A stretch of DNA of 64,000 nt from an uncultured delta proteobacterium (GTDB lineage Bacteria > Desulfobacterota > Binatia > UBA9968). Positions within the stretch are counted from its first letter, which is position 1, and each line of letters begins with the position of its first letter. The notes below the pieces were generated by a model. It had not been told where the DNA came from, searched no databases, and saw nothing but the letters and a program-made list of their open reading frames with translations. Below, in pieces: positions 10,256-22,084 of the stretch. The translations under genes were made by a program, and so were the position numbers. Location of the stretch: assembly GCA_963816145.1 (NCBI GenBank), contig CAWFJP010000018.1:96001-160000 (forward strand), given 5' to 3'.

Positions 10256-10360
10256 ACTGGCGGAAGCAGGCTCAGCGGAAAACGAACCGGCCAAGCAGAT
10301 TCATAGGTCGACTAATACTTGAGGATGGATAGTCAATAAAGCAAGGCCAGGCCACAATCA
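10256..10360 (+). repeat. Repeat family B partial copy
   Basis: Matches the 3' half of 5360-5541. Confidence 0.8.
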
Positions 10361-10477
10361 TTTCCGAAGCCCTCTTGGTTTGAGCGCTTACGAGCCTTCC
10401 CGGCCCGGAACCTTTGTCCCAGTCGATCCCCTGCCCCGGATTGTAAATGCACGCCATTTCTTCGTATACTTCGAATT

Positions 10478-10669
10478 ATGAAAAATGAATTGGACGCCCA
10501 AATAGTCAGTCTTAAAGCACAACTTGCCGTCCTGGAGGCACAAATCCGGCGGCACGAGAGCAAAGCCGATTTTGCTGACCTCTACGGCCTGTTGCGTGGT
10601 GAAGCCGAAAGCAGCGAGAAGGAGATTGATTCGGTCCGATATTGTTTGCCCAAGGATGGCGCCGATTGA
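10478..10669 (+). CDS. Putative antitoxin (short coiled-coil protein)
   Basis: Overlaps PIN gene; TTGTAA-18bp-TATACT promoter 7 nt upstream of ATG. Confidence 0.7.
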   Translation: MKNELDAQIVSLKAQLAVLEAQIRRHESKADFADLYGLLRGEAESSEKEIDSVRYCLPKDGAD

Positions 10670-11055
10670 TACTCGTCCTCGACACTCACCCCGTCGTCTG
10701 GTTTCTCGAGGCGTCATCGCGCCTTAGTTCTAAAGCACAGCAAGTTATTTCCGATCCATCGTCACAACTTATCATTCCGTCCATCGTTCTGGCGGAAATC
10801 ACCTACCTGTATGAAAGGAAACGCATCGCTACCCCCGCCTCTGAAATTCGCACACGATTGATCGCCGCGAATAATGTCGTCGTCTATCCCCTGGACGAGC
10901 AGGTCGTGGATAAACTGCCGACCGCGCTCGACATCCACGACGGCATCATTGTCGCCACCGCACTATTGTACCGCGATGTGCTGCGCCAAGAGGTGGCGGT
11001 AGTTACGAAGGATGAGATGATTGCCGGATCTGGATTGATCAACGTAATCTGGTAA
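10666..11055 (+). CDS. vapC: VapC PIN-domain toxin
   Basis: LVLDTHPVVW...LAEI...DIHDGIIVATA...VVTKD. Confidence 0.88.
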   Translation: MILVLDTHPVVWFLEASSRLSSKAQQVISDPSSQLIIPSIVLAEITYLYERKRIATPASEIRTRLIAANNVVVYPLDEQVVDKLPTALDIHDGIIVATALLYRDVLRQEVAVVTKDEMIAGSGLINVIW

Positions 11056-11172
11056 GCAGATTTACAACTCTCCACGTCGTCGTCGATGGTGCAAGGACAT
11101 CGTAGTAGACTTGCCCCGCATCTCCACATTTATTTCCAGCAGGCCGGAGAAAAACCGCGAAAAACGCACAAC

Positions 11173-11412
11173 TCATGCCTGACCCCGTAGCTGCTTCCAG
11201 CGGTATTTTGCCATCACCGACTCGTACGAGACCGTCGGCACTTTGCCGGCTTTGTAAGCCGACCACCGTTTGCGCGCCTCCTCCGCCCACACCCGGTCGA
11301 TCTCAGGATCCGGTTTATCGTGGTCAGAAACGATCGTCTCCAGCAAGCGCAGCTTTTCAACGTCCGACAGCTTACGAATCTCTTCGGTTATGTCATCAAC
11401 ATTTTTCGCCAT
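11173..11412 (-). CDS. Addiction module antitoxin component (TIGR02574-like), toxin partner absent
   Basis: LSDVEKLRL...DPEIDRVWAEEARKRWSAYKAGK. Confidence 0.8.
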   Translation of the reverse strand: MAKNVDDITEEIRKLSDVEKLRLLETIVSDHDKPDPEIDRVWAEEARKRWSAYKAGKVPTVSYESVMAKYRWKQLRGQA

Positions 11413-11565
11413 TACTATTCCCCCCTCGGATCACCTCATGACAATAACTATCACATGGCAACGTTTCGCTCATGAGGCGCCAAATATTTTTCCCCGGCGT
11501 CGACATACTCGAATCATAACCCAGTTAGTTAGCCTTGGAAACCGCCTTCGACCTTCTCGAATTGG

Positions 11566-11749
11566 CATGGAGTGATACCATACCACAAACCGATCGAGCG
11601 CAAACCGCCCGACATCGGTACGAGACTACGTGAAAAGATCGGGTACTGGAGGAAGCAGGCTCAGCGGAAATCGAATCGGCCAAGCAGTTTCATCGGTCGA
11701 CTAATACTTGAGGATGGATAGTCAATAAAACATGGCCAGGCCCCAATCA
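11566..11749 (+). repeat. Repeat family B copy
   Basis: Aligns along its length with 5360-5541. Confidence 0.85.
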
Positions 11750-11977
11750 TGAATCCTGTTCTCCCCGCGCGCAATCCGCGACGCCGGGACTGTTTCGTTA
11801 CTTAAACTAGCCTGCCCTCGCTTTTGTTCGATTTAACAGAAATGAGCGCGCAGAACTTTGAGAACGAGGATGAAACGCTCGACCACTCATGCTTCGACGC
11901 CGCAGGCATAAGACTGTCAGTCCAGGGCACGGATCGAAGATAGTCGAGATGTAAAAGTCAGACCCTGAAAACAGGAT

Positions 11978-12199
11978 CTAGTTATTGTCGCCATTGAGAT
12001 ATTCATTCCAGTTGATCTTGGTTCGTTCACGCTCGCTTTTCTGCCACTCCGCCTTCGCTTCCGGAGTCATCGCCGCGACCCGGGCCGTCTCTTGGGTCAT
12101 CGCTTCGTCGTATTCGGCGTTGAGCCGGCTCACGGTGGCGCAACTCGACCCAAATAGGCCGCCGAGGAGAACGATCGCCAAAGCTCCGCTGTTCTTCAT
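11978..12199 (-). CDS. Small putative lipoprotein
   Basis: Hydrophobic leader ending FGSSC. Confidence 0.5.
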   Translation of the reverse strand: MKNSGALAIVLLGGLFGSSCATVSRLNAEYDEAMTQETARVAAMTPEAKAEWQKSERERTKINWNEYLNGDNN

Positions 12200-12512
12200 A
12201 AAGATTCACCGCCCTTCCAACTGAATTATGAATCCCCGTCGTATCAGGGTTCCCGACACGCACTTTCGCCTAATTGGCAGCCGGGTGTGGCTGGAGAACC
12301 AGACGAGATTTTGATCCAAGCCACAGAGACTGCTCGACTAACTCGAGATACCAGCGAATGCGCGATTCATGGCCAGGTTTGGCAATCACACAATCTCGTA
12401 GTGCAAGACGCGACCCCGATTCCGATTCTTTCAAATCGCCGCATCGGCAACTTGAAAACCGTTTGCACGGAGTGAACCCAGGTTTATTTTAGACGGGCCG
12501 AGTAGGAGTGGA

Positions 12513-12644
12513 TTAAGCCGCCCTATCCTTCGCAGCAGCCGCCACATTGAGAGCTTCCTTCTTGGTCTTGAAATACTCCCGTTTAGAAAGCCGATTCGCT
12601 TGCCGCTTGCGGCGCTGTGAATTGCGTTTAGCGTTCTGATTCAT
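12513..12644 (-). CDS. Small basic hypothetical protein
   Basis: GGAGG RBS before MNQNAKRNSQRRKR. Confidence 0.45.
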   Translation of the reverse strand: MNQNAKRNSQRRKRQANRLSKREYFKTKKEALNVAAAAKDRAA

Positions 12645-12867
12645 TCGAGTGCCTCCATGCGCTGAGTTTCCGAACTGTCTGTACACGTCTATCAATACCA
12701 CCATGGAACAACAATCTCCCGCTGTCTAGACGAGGGCGGCTGTCCCGCACTCTCATCGAGCGTTGCGATATTTCGAGAAGAAGTTGCCTTGGTCCGACCC
12801 GGCGTTACTCTGGCCTGCCGCTATGGAGTCTTTCGAGCTGTTAGTTGAGCACTTTCCGGTCGAAGGC

Positions 12868-12985
12868 AAAGCCACCGGAATTCGCATGAGGCGCAAGATT
12901 GTCGTGAAGTTAAAGTCAGACCCCGTGCTTTCCCCGAGTAGGTCGCAAAGACCGTATCGAAGGGCTTGAACGATTGGAACAGCCT
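12868..12985. repeat. Repeat family C copy abutting an inverted CCCTTCGATACGG...CTACTC/GTTCAA unit
   Basis: 12868-12935 matches 3229-3298; 12936-12982 is the reverse complement of the unit at ~25220. Confidence 0.75.
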
Positions 12986-13330
12986 TCGGTACTTTTTTGG
13001 CTTTGCTCGCCCCATCGGCTGTCTGATACCCTCGCCGAGCTTGCCCAGCAACTGAAACTTCATTACTCGATGCTCAGCCGAATTCTTAAAAAAGGATAAG
13101 ACAAGCAAGAGTAAAGATCTGACCCTCGTCGTTTGCTCACCTCTCCGACCCTCATCTCTCATCTCAAAAAGGAATCTCTAAGCCCTTAAACGATGCTTTT
13201 TATGCTATGTTCCGTCGTTAAATCAATCAGTTGTTTTGGTCCGACCCGGTAGTTGACTTATACGCCGTACTTTTTCTGACGAGCAATAAGCGCAGCTTCG
13301 CCGCCATCCAGCACACTCAAAACGGCATCC

Positions 13331-15922
13331 TTAATCGCGCTCTTCGTCCATGCCAAGAAGCCTGCGGCGGATGTTGGAACTGGTACCATCCGAATCGATA
13401 TGAAAAATCAAATCCGCGTCCGTAAGCACCACCAAGTTCGCGTTGTGGGAAGTCAATAAAAACTGCTGACCTTGCTTTTTATTGAGAAGGTCTGGCGCTA
13501 TCGTGTCCGCGATGTAGCGGTTATCCAGATTGTCCTCGGGTTGGTCGATGACTAATGGTCCGCGGCTATTGCGCAGCAGCAAGGGAAAGACTGCTACGCA
13601 CCGCTGCCCCGCCGAGAGGTTTTGTATAGGAACAAAGCCACGGTTACCTACCTCTAGCGAAATTTCGACATCATCATCATCAATGACTTCAAGTAAATCT
13701 ACAAACTTGCAGCGGTCCAATAATTGACTTTCAATTGTCCACTTGTCCTGGTCGATATCCAAGGATTGAAGCTTGAGAACAGGTCACAAAACTTCTCGTA
13801 ACTTCATTACCCCATAGCGATCCACAAATCCATGATCAAGGTTGGACCATCTGCGCGATAACTCCCCTGAACCGATTCCGGGCTTCTTTGTCAGCCGAAC
13901 TCGATCGAATAAAATCGTGATCCCGTGGTAACTCTCCATTTAACGTATTCGACGAGAGCTGAGCGCGAACTCGGCAATCTCATCACGAAGTCTACGCACC
14001 TCCATGCAAGACGAATAAAGCTGTGCCGGCCTAACGAACGCAGTTCGTGAAGCTGTTCGGCGCAACTACTTTCGACAGAGGGAAGTTCTTCGTTTCCTCG
14101 AGCACTTGAATGTTGTTTCGTCAAGATCTCGCGGTCATCTGACGAAGGCACGCCACGGCTGGCGCGTACGTTTCCTCGCGGAAAGAGGCGAATGTTGTAT
14201 TGAGGATACTCGCGCTTTCCTTAGCTTGCTATCGCCAGCGCTTGAAGCAGCAGTCTCGTTCAGCGGAGAGCTCGTCGATGCTGATTCCGCCGGCGAGACT
14301 CCAGCGCCCGTTTTTCCCACTTCCACAAGGGCATCTTTAAGCGCACCCAACGAAGCGCCATCAGCAGACCGCAGCAATCAGAGTATCAATTCGGCTAGGT
14401 AGTACTTCTGGCAGCTCGCTCGCCGAGATGTAGCTGCCGCCGCAATTGTCTGGATCGTTGCTTCGCTTTCAAGTACCAATCATACTGATATTGAAGCTGA
14501 GAAAGAGCTCTCTCCCGTTAAGCCGCGTAAGTGTAGATCGCTTGCGACTAAGTTCCCAAAGTGTCGAAAGACTTTATCAAGTCACCGCAGCCGTCGCTCA
14601 TAGCGGTAGAGCATTCGGGATTGGGCGATATGATACCGCGATTGACTGTAAGCTCGTCCTACGCTTTCGGGTTGACCGGCTCATCAAGTATTCCAGTCCG
14701 GCGATGCGGCTGCGCCAATCTGCGACCGATGATCGAATCTCTGCGCCATCGAGGATAGAGATCCGGAAAGACTTGTCCTGCTGACGCCATTACCGTGGTG
14801 CTTTCTTCTCTTCAGAGGTTACCGTGATGCGGTCGCTGGAATCCGCCTTGCCAGAACCAGAACTTGCTTTCCTTCCGGTCTTGAATGAGACATTCAACAT
14901 ATCCACTACTGCCTAGTCTATGTTGTCGGTGTTTGTTAACCTCGTCGCGTCGTTCCTTCGGTACGGCCGTATTCAATACAAAACGCAGGCACTCAGCACC
15001 GCCGTTTTACCAGCCCCCTTACTGCCTATTAACGGGTTGAGGCCCTCATCAAGGTTGAATCCAAGTATCTCGATGAAAGCACCCATAATGTGAAGGCCAA
15101 TAACCGAAGCATGAAACGTGGCCTCAGGGCGAATCAGAGTAACGCGGTGCGCTAGTGCCAAAGCGGCTTTCAGTTCGCGAAGGTGTTCTTTCATTCGGAT
15201 CAGGTTCGACCGTCCCCGCACCAATATCGTCATGGTGATGTGCATCGCTGGAGCTGACAACAGCCAATTCCGGCGGAATCGAAATGTCCGGTTGCGTTTT
15301 GTTTCGCCATCAAGAAAATGGCAGTCTTCGTATCTTGCACCTCAACGGCGTCAAAAGCTCCATCTCTGATGAACCCAGAAGTGCATCTCATCGAAGAGGT
15401 CATCCACGCTTCGAGATGTCTGGGGGCTTTACCCGCAGGAGGAGGTGAGAAGGAGAGAGCACAGCGCACCAGCCTTTGGCAGACGGAATTCGGTTGCGAC
15501 ATCAACGATACTAGAACGGAAACCAGTCGGGTATGCGCCGGGACGATACTGGAGGCTGTCACGCGCCGTGCACAGTATATAGTCCGTACCCATCGCTGAA
15601 TTTCGTCAACAGGGTCAGCGCAACAATGCAGTGAGAAATAGTAGTCTCGTCCAATTTTTTTGAACAACGCATCTACCAGGTGTACATTTATCTCTGCTCC
15701 AGGAATAAGGGTTCAGAGGGGCAATACTGGTTGAAGTCTTGCGAGTTCCAGATTTCGTTGCAAACGATTCAGTGATTTAGAGCTGCGGCCAACTGTATCT
15801 CGCGGATTCGATGAACACCAAGGTGGTGCATAAGCGTCGATCTGCTTTCTCCCCAGCTGTAGTCGTTGAGGAAGGTAGATGCACGTGGAAGTCGCCTTGA
15901 GCCAACGGGCAACTGCCGTCAT
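13331..15922 (-). pseudogene. PHP-domain + ABC/AAA ATPase (TrlF/Ppl-like defence protein), multiply frameshifted
   Basis: N-term ARWLK.DFHVHLP; Walker A GSKGAGKT; LSAGQR..PLVIDQPEDNLDN..TSHNAN. Confidence 0.75.
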
Positions 15923-16334
15923 AGCCCTAGCAGGACGTCCTTTTGAGGAATTGCGAGAATTCTACGACATCGTCATTCGCCACTCGAACTGGAACCAGCG
16001 GCCGAAACAGGCATAAGTATCTGACAATAATGCAGCCCTGCAACGAATTGAAAGTAATTTCCCTCGAAGTTTACGTCCAGTTGAACAGGGCCGCGCCAAA
16101 GTTTGAATTAATTTTTCAAAAAGCTCGTTATTTATCTACGTTGCTCTTTTGTTGGAATAGACCGCACGAAACTTCGTCGAAAAGGTTTCCCATTTTCGTA
16201 GTGGACACCCTCTCCTCTAAAATTCTAAGCCGGCACAACAATAACTTCCTCTTCAGGATTCGCCGTAACTTGCGTACTGTTCGGCAGGGAACTTTTTGGC
16301 GTAGGAGACGCGCATAGGGAGAGAACAGCGTCAA
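15919..16334 (-). pseudogene. Frameshifted low-GC hypothetical gene directly upstream of the PHP-ATPase
   Basis: Protein-like segments in shifting frames (INNELFEKLIQTL, VQLDVNFEGNYFQF) ending next to the ATG at 15922. Confidence 0.35.
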
Positions 16335-16475
16335 CGAAATCGATAATTTGCGTGAGCGTGCTGCATCAGGCCCCTTACGTTTTAAAACACAGCGAAGGGT
16401 TTAGCCTTGCCTCCAGCTTTTATCGATAGCAGGTGCCTTGTCAAGCGAGCACATATAATCGCGTGCGGAAAGGTC

Positions 16476-16838
16476 TCAAAGCAGATCTGTCATGACCCGC
16501 CGGTACCGTCGACAGGTGGTACACCGACGTGCCAAAGCTGGTGAAGCCTTTGCCATTAGACACCCGTCATAGAAATTCCGGCCTTGCGCCCTTTCACGAG
16601 TCGGTGTAGCAAAGCAATGAATTCTCTTTGCGGCTAAATGACGTTCGGCTAACCGGGATCCTCCCTTTCGACTCCACTGGCACGGGGCGTCCACCGCCAC
16701 GACGCCGGCTTCGTTACGAAGACACCACTCGACGATCTTTTCGGGATCGCAAGCAGTTTTTTGGCCTATAAACTGGCCATCCCTTAGCGCCACAGCATGA
16801 AAACCTTTGCGGTCATCACCGACATCGATGCCCGCCAC
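16476..16838 (-). CDS. DUF429 family (RNase H-like) protein, probably truncated or frameshifted
   Basis: AGIDVG...VVAVDAPCQW...RLAERHL. Confidence 0.7.
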   Translation of the reverse strand: MAGIDVGDDRKGFHAVALRDGQFIGQKTACDPEKIVEWCLRNEAGVVAVDAPCQWSRKGGSRLAERHLAAKRIHCFATPTRERAQGRNFYDGCLMAKASPALARRCTTCRRYRRVMTDLL

Positions 16839-16876
16839 GGCCTGCTTAGAGCTTGATTGTTTAAACGCGCTGATCG

Positions 16877-17606
16877 TTAAGCCTTATCGGTATACTTCGC
16901 TTCAAGAGCGCTGTGGAGAGCTTCGATACCAGAAAAGTTGGGATGCTCTTCCAGACCTTTCAGGTTATAGCCAAGACAGATTTCGATGTCCTTTTGCGAG
17001 ATGTAGTTGTCGTGGATGAGCACTTCGCGGATTTGGTCGGCGGCATCGGGATATTCGCGCTCGTCGGGGTCGTGGTTCTGGAGCAGGAACTCTCGGTAAC
17101 AGTGCTCAATGACGCGGCTTGGAATGGGTTTGGATTTCGTCCACGACCCGGAGGATCTCGGTGATCTTAGTGTCGAGCGCGGCCTGCGTGCTGAAGAAGA
17201 TGTTGCCGTTGGGGTGGGCGGTGTCGTTGCGGTCGTCCACCAGCTTGGCGTAGGTGCCGATCTTGCCGTTGTCGCAGTCGATGAGCTTGAGGAAGCGCAG
17301 GATGCTGCGCTCGTTCACGGTGCTGAAGACGAAGGGCGAAGTGGCGTCCAGGAGGCTTTTCTCAATGTCCTTGCCGAAACCGATGAGGCCCATCGCGAAA
17401 TCCTTCGGCTCCGTCTGCTTGATCTGCCAGATGTTGAAATAGACGAAGCTCATCGTGAGCATGTGGTAGGCGAGGAAGGCGAACTGGTATTTGCCGTGCG
17501 TGTAGTTCGTCTCGAAGGCGTCCCACAGGAACTCGATGTATTCCTGCTCCTTCGGGGTCTTGAAGGAGAGCGGCAGGTAGTTGGCGAGTTCGGCGGCTTC
17601 TTCCAT
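16877..17606 (-). CDS. Hypothetical protein coupled to the R-M operon (one frameshift near 17110)
   Basis: ORF 17106-17606 continues in another frame (IEHCYREFLLQNHD...YTDKA*); contains RNDTAH. Confidence 0.65.
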
Positions 17607-18417
17607 GGCTCAAGCCTCCGTACGCGGCGGGCGTCTTCGCCCCAGACGCGGGCGAGGGTCGCTTGAATTTTTTTCTCGAAGCGGGTGATCAGTTCGCGGT
17701 TGGCGGCGACCAGTGCTTGCTCGGCTTCGATCTCGGCGACGATGGCTTGCTGCGTAGCGAGTGGTGGGAGTGGAATTTTAGCCTCGTTCAGACTCCTAAT
17801 CGGAAGCTGAGGCTGTGCGGCACCGGAAACGATTGCATCCCTTTGCGCCCGGAAGTTTTCTGATTGGAAGAAATGAAATAGATAGCTGCTCAATAACCTG
17901 GTCGTATCAGGTCGGAAAATGAGCATGCCGGAGTTAATGCGTATGTGCTCAAACTCGACCGTCGCGTCATAGAGTGCAGTATTCCCCACGGTCCCTCGTG
18001 TTGTCAGCAATACGTCGCCGCGTTCGAGCTTCCTTTTCGCAGTGTGTTATCTTTCTGCTCACTGATGAACTCCAAATCGTCGAACTTAAATCCGTCCGAT
18101 CGAACGTTCTTCGTATTCAGGAAAAGGCAAAAGCCCGAATGGAAAAATCTTCCTTGCTCGGGTAGTTCGTTCCCCGGTCGCCGTCGATAATCTGCAAAGG
18201 TGCCTCTTCGATGTGGGACTCGGCCAGTCAGGGTGGATGGGGATGTGGGGGCGGTAGTGGTCGAGGACGGCGCGGGCGCCGTTGATGACTTTCTGGTAGC
18301 CCTCGATCTCCGCCACGATCTCCTTCTGCACCTCCAGCGGCGGCAGGGGGATTTGGAGTTTCTCGATGTCCGCCCGATTGATCGACGCGAAAACTGCGCC
18401 TGCATCTCCTTTGATGT

Positions 18418-20356
18418 CACGGTAAACTTGTTCTCCGTTAAGCAGGAGCCGGGCGAGTCGTGAAGGAGTTTTTCGCCAGGCGCAAATAGTCGAAGACGGC
18501 GCGGATGTTTCTGTTGAGGCGGCGCATTTTCTGGGTGACGTTTTTGACGCCTTTGGATTGGAGGAGACCGATGGCAAAGCGGCGTAGGCGTGAAATATTC
18601 TCAGGGCCGTAGCCGGTGCGAATGCGACAGCGGTCCTCATCGAAGGCCCAATCGAGAACGTAGTGGCAGCAGTTTTCGATGGTCCAATGGCCCCGGTTGA
18701 TTTCGAGCAAGCGCTGGGGCGAGGCCTGCCCAGGAGAACGGCTGGTAATACCGTAGGCGATTTCACGGGAAGTCTTGCCGGTTTTTTTGTTGAGGGTAAT
18801 CCGTTCGATGGCAAAGGCTTGGCCGAGGTGAGGGAAGTTGAGATAAGCGTTGAGTTCAGTGGTGGTCCAGATTTGCCGAGTTTCAATGCGGCCATGATCG
18901 GGCGGGTCGTGCATGACAAACTGGGGTTGATGGCGATCGTTGAAGAACAGCACGAGATCGTCAAGGAGCGAGGGCTGATTGGCTTTAACCGTGAAGTGGT
19001 AGTGGGCTTTGCGGGTGCGGACCAAGTAGTCGGCGAGTTTACGTTGGGTGAGAAGGGCATCGGCGGTTAAGTCTTTGCCACACAGATCGAGGTCATCGAG
19101 GAGTGGAATGGCCATGCCGATCTCGTTGGTTTGTTTTAGCTCAGAGGTGTCGCCATGGGCGGGCAGCGAGCCGACTTTTTTTGGGTGTAGCAGATCTTGG
19201 AGTGGTGGCCGACCACGCTCATGAGGTGAGTTTGATGGTCGTTGTGATCAAGGGCGTTGCGCATGGTTTTGCCGTCGATAGCGAGGGTAGAGTCCTGTTG
19301 AGCAAAGGCTTGATTGTAACGGTTTAGAGCTTTTTCGAGATCGCTGGGAGCCACCCGGATCATGACATCGCGGATGATCGACTCGCTGGGGACGAGGTAT
19401 AGTCCGTTCACGTAACGGCAGCGAAATCTCTGGCGGGCCCGAGGCGAGAGGCTGTGGGCCCAGTCGGCGATGGCCTTATAGCCGCGCATGCCACACAGAG
19501 TAGCGGCACAAACAATGGCCAGGACGCAAGCGAGCGAATGGCGTCGTCCTTGGGCGCGGCGCGGATCGGGGATATCGGCAAAGAAGTCCCAAAGCGAGAG
19601 CATCTGTTGCGCGGTGAGTTTCATTTTCACAACTCCTTGGCGATACGGAACTGGCAAGACGCAGGCAGCGAGCAGGGAGCGGGCCTGTTGGTGTAAGGAC
19701 TTAACGAAGACTTTTTTCGGTGCGATAGCGGTGTTGCTGTAGCCCTGAGGGGTGCGCCGATAACCACGGGTCAGCCCGAGATAGCTCCAGTTGGCGGATT
19801 GATAGACCGTGCCGACAAAACGTTGGGGGTCGACGAAGGTCTCCAGCAGCAGTAAGGAATGGCCAAAGCGCTCTTGCCAGTCGGCGCACAGCCGCTTGTG
19901 ACACAATGATAGAATCTTGGAGCCGAGATTACGGTGGTGCCAATCGGGGAGGATTAAAAACCGGCTGTTGTTGGCGATCAGTTTTAAACGGTCGTAGTCG
20001 TACTGATGGTGCAAGTCCCAGCCGATCCACTGATCGCGCACGGCACATTTCCAGGCGGCGGCTGAAAACGTCAACAGTGCAATCCACTGATCGTGATAGG
20101 TGGCCACGTACCACAGGGTCTGACCGATCTTGGGTAGATAGCCCAAGTAGTGATGTTCGGTCATCAGGCGACGGTGCAGCGACTCTTCGCTGCGCTCTGC
20201 CACACGGACTTGAACTTGGTCGAGCTTCAACGCTTGCGGCTTCTGCCTTTTCTCGCAAAGTCAGAACCGTTATACAGGATTGTGCAGGGGATGTCCAGTT
20301 GTATCGAGAATCTTCTTACTCACCGCGAGGTTTATTGCCAGGACAAATTCACCCTG
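18418..20356 (-). mobile_element. ISAs1-family insertion sequence (1939 bp) with 10-bp TSD
   Basis: Imperfect TIRs CAGGGTGAATTTGT / CACGGTAAACTTGT; TSD CCTTTGATGT at 18408-18417 and 20357-20366. Confidence 0.92.
18438..20230 (-). CDS. DUF4338-fused ISAs1 DDE transposase, two ORFs joined by a -1 frameshift
   Basis: HHYLG, RDQWIGW, ETFVD (DUF4338); IPDPRRAQGRRH, AIDGKT, NEI, TADALLTQ, HWTIEN..H; AAAAAAG at the junction. Confidence 0.88.
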
Positions 20357-22084
20357 CCTTTGATGTGCTCTTCTTGGCTTCTGAGGAAGTAGAAGGCGTA
20401 TGATGACATGAGTCTACCCTCAGCGGGCTTGATCGCGGCTAGACCGCGACCTATGCACATTCGCTGAGTTGCGAGATTCACTGGTCCTACAGGAGCGCGA
20501 ACCGAAATCAGAATGTTGCCAGCTTCCGCGAAGCGTTGAGGGTCCGTTGTCCAAGTCGTCGGAGCACCAATGAACATTTCGCCGAACTCAGTCTTGCCCT
20601 GATAAAAAGGAATTCCGATTCCGGTATCATTGTAGGACTCGCCGGGTGGTGACTGACCTGCTATCGACTTCAGCGACTTCGCCTAATTGAACGATTGGAT
20701 AAGCGTGTTGCTCTGGCCGCTCCCTCCCGATACCGCTCCCGCTGAGGTTGTAGTCGCCATTCGCGGCGATCTTTTCTTTCGGCACGATCAGGCCGCAAGT
20801 GCGGCTGGAGGTCGATCGGTGGACTTGGCGGCTGCGGAGGGCTGGAGGTAGGCGGCGAGTTCGGCTTGGACCTGCGGCAGGTCGTTCTTGTCGATGGCGC
20901 GGCGCTGGGCACCGAGGCCGAAGCCGTCGTTCTCGACCTTGAAGAAGGCGATGGTGTCGCGTCTGCTTGGCCAGCGACTTGTCGAGGATCAGGATGGAGG
21001 TCTTCACGCCGGAGTAGGGATTGAACACGCCCGCCGGGCAGCGAGACGACGGCGACGAGGTACTTCTCGACGAGCATCTTGCGCAGTTGCTTTGTAGGCG
21101 GTCTGGCTCTGGAAGATGATGCCCTCGGGCACGATGATGCCGGCGCGGCCGCTGGGCGTGAGGTGCTCGGCCATGTAGTCCACGAAGAGCACTTCGCTGC
21201 GCTTGGACTGGACCGAGAAGCGGTTGTGCGGCTTGATGCCGCCCTTCGGCGACATGAACGGCGGATTGGCGAGGATGACGTCGGCGTATTCGTTCCAGCG
21301 GTCCTGGCTGGTGAGCGTGTCGTACTCGTAGATGTGCGGATCGGTGAAGCCGTGCAGGTACAGGTTCACCAGCGACAGGCGCACCATGTCGGGCGAGATG
21401 TCGTAGCCCTTGAAGTTCTGCGCGCAGCCGGCCCTTGCTCGTCGGGCGTCAGCGTGCTGTGGCCCTTGGCGTCGGTGTTGGCCTTGAGGATGTGCTTGTA
21501 GGACGAGATCAGGAACCCGGCGGTGCCGCAGGCGGGGTCGAGCACGGTCTCGTTCTTCTTCGGGTCGACGACCGCGACGATGAAGTCGATGATGTGGCGC
21601 GGGGTGCGGAACTGCCCGGCGTCGCCCTGCGAGCCGAGCACGGAGAGCAGATACTCGAAGGCGTCGCCGAGGCGCTCGCGAGTGGTCGTAGCTGAACTCG
21701 TCGATGATCTTGAGGAAGGCCTTGAGCGTTTCGGGGTCGCGGTAGGGCAGATAGGCGTTCTTGAAGATGTCGCGGAAGAGCGGCGGGATGCCGGGGTTCT
21801 CCGGCATCTTGGCGATGCCTTCGGCGTAGAGGTCGAGCGTCTCGTGGCCGCCGAGCCCGGAGCGCATGAGCTTGGCCCAGCCGTAGCGGGCGAACTCGCC
21901 GGCGAAGAACTTGCGCTTGCCGCCGAGTTCCTCGGCCTCGGCGTCCATGTCGTCCATGAACTTGTAGATCAGCGCGATGGTGATCTGCTCGACCTGGCTC
22001 TTGGGGTCGGGCACCTTGCCGACGAGGATGTCGCGGGCGGTGTCGATGCGGCGTTTGGTGTCGGTGTCGAGCATGGGGTCTCCT

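Larger units (their letters stand above)
17610..22074 (-). pseudogene. Type I R-M N6-adenine methyltransferase fused to specificity (S) domains; IS-interrupted and frameshifted
   Basis: GQFRTPRH, DPACGTAGF, NPPF, then two TRDs each followed by IPLPPL.Q..IV; no stop/start seen between M and S. Confidence 0.85.

Noticed and set aside
19630-20230. Druantia defence system (DruA/DUF4338)
   Set aside because: The domain lies inside TIR/TSD-bounded ISAs1, fused to the transposase; no DruE helicase
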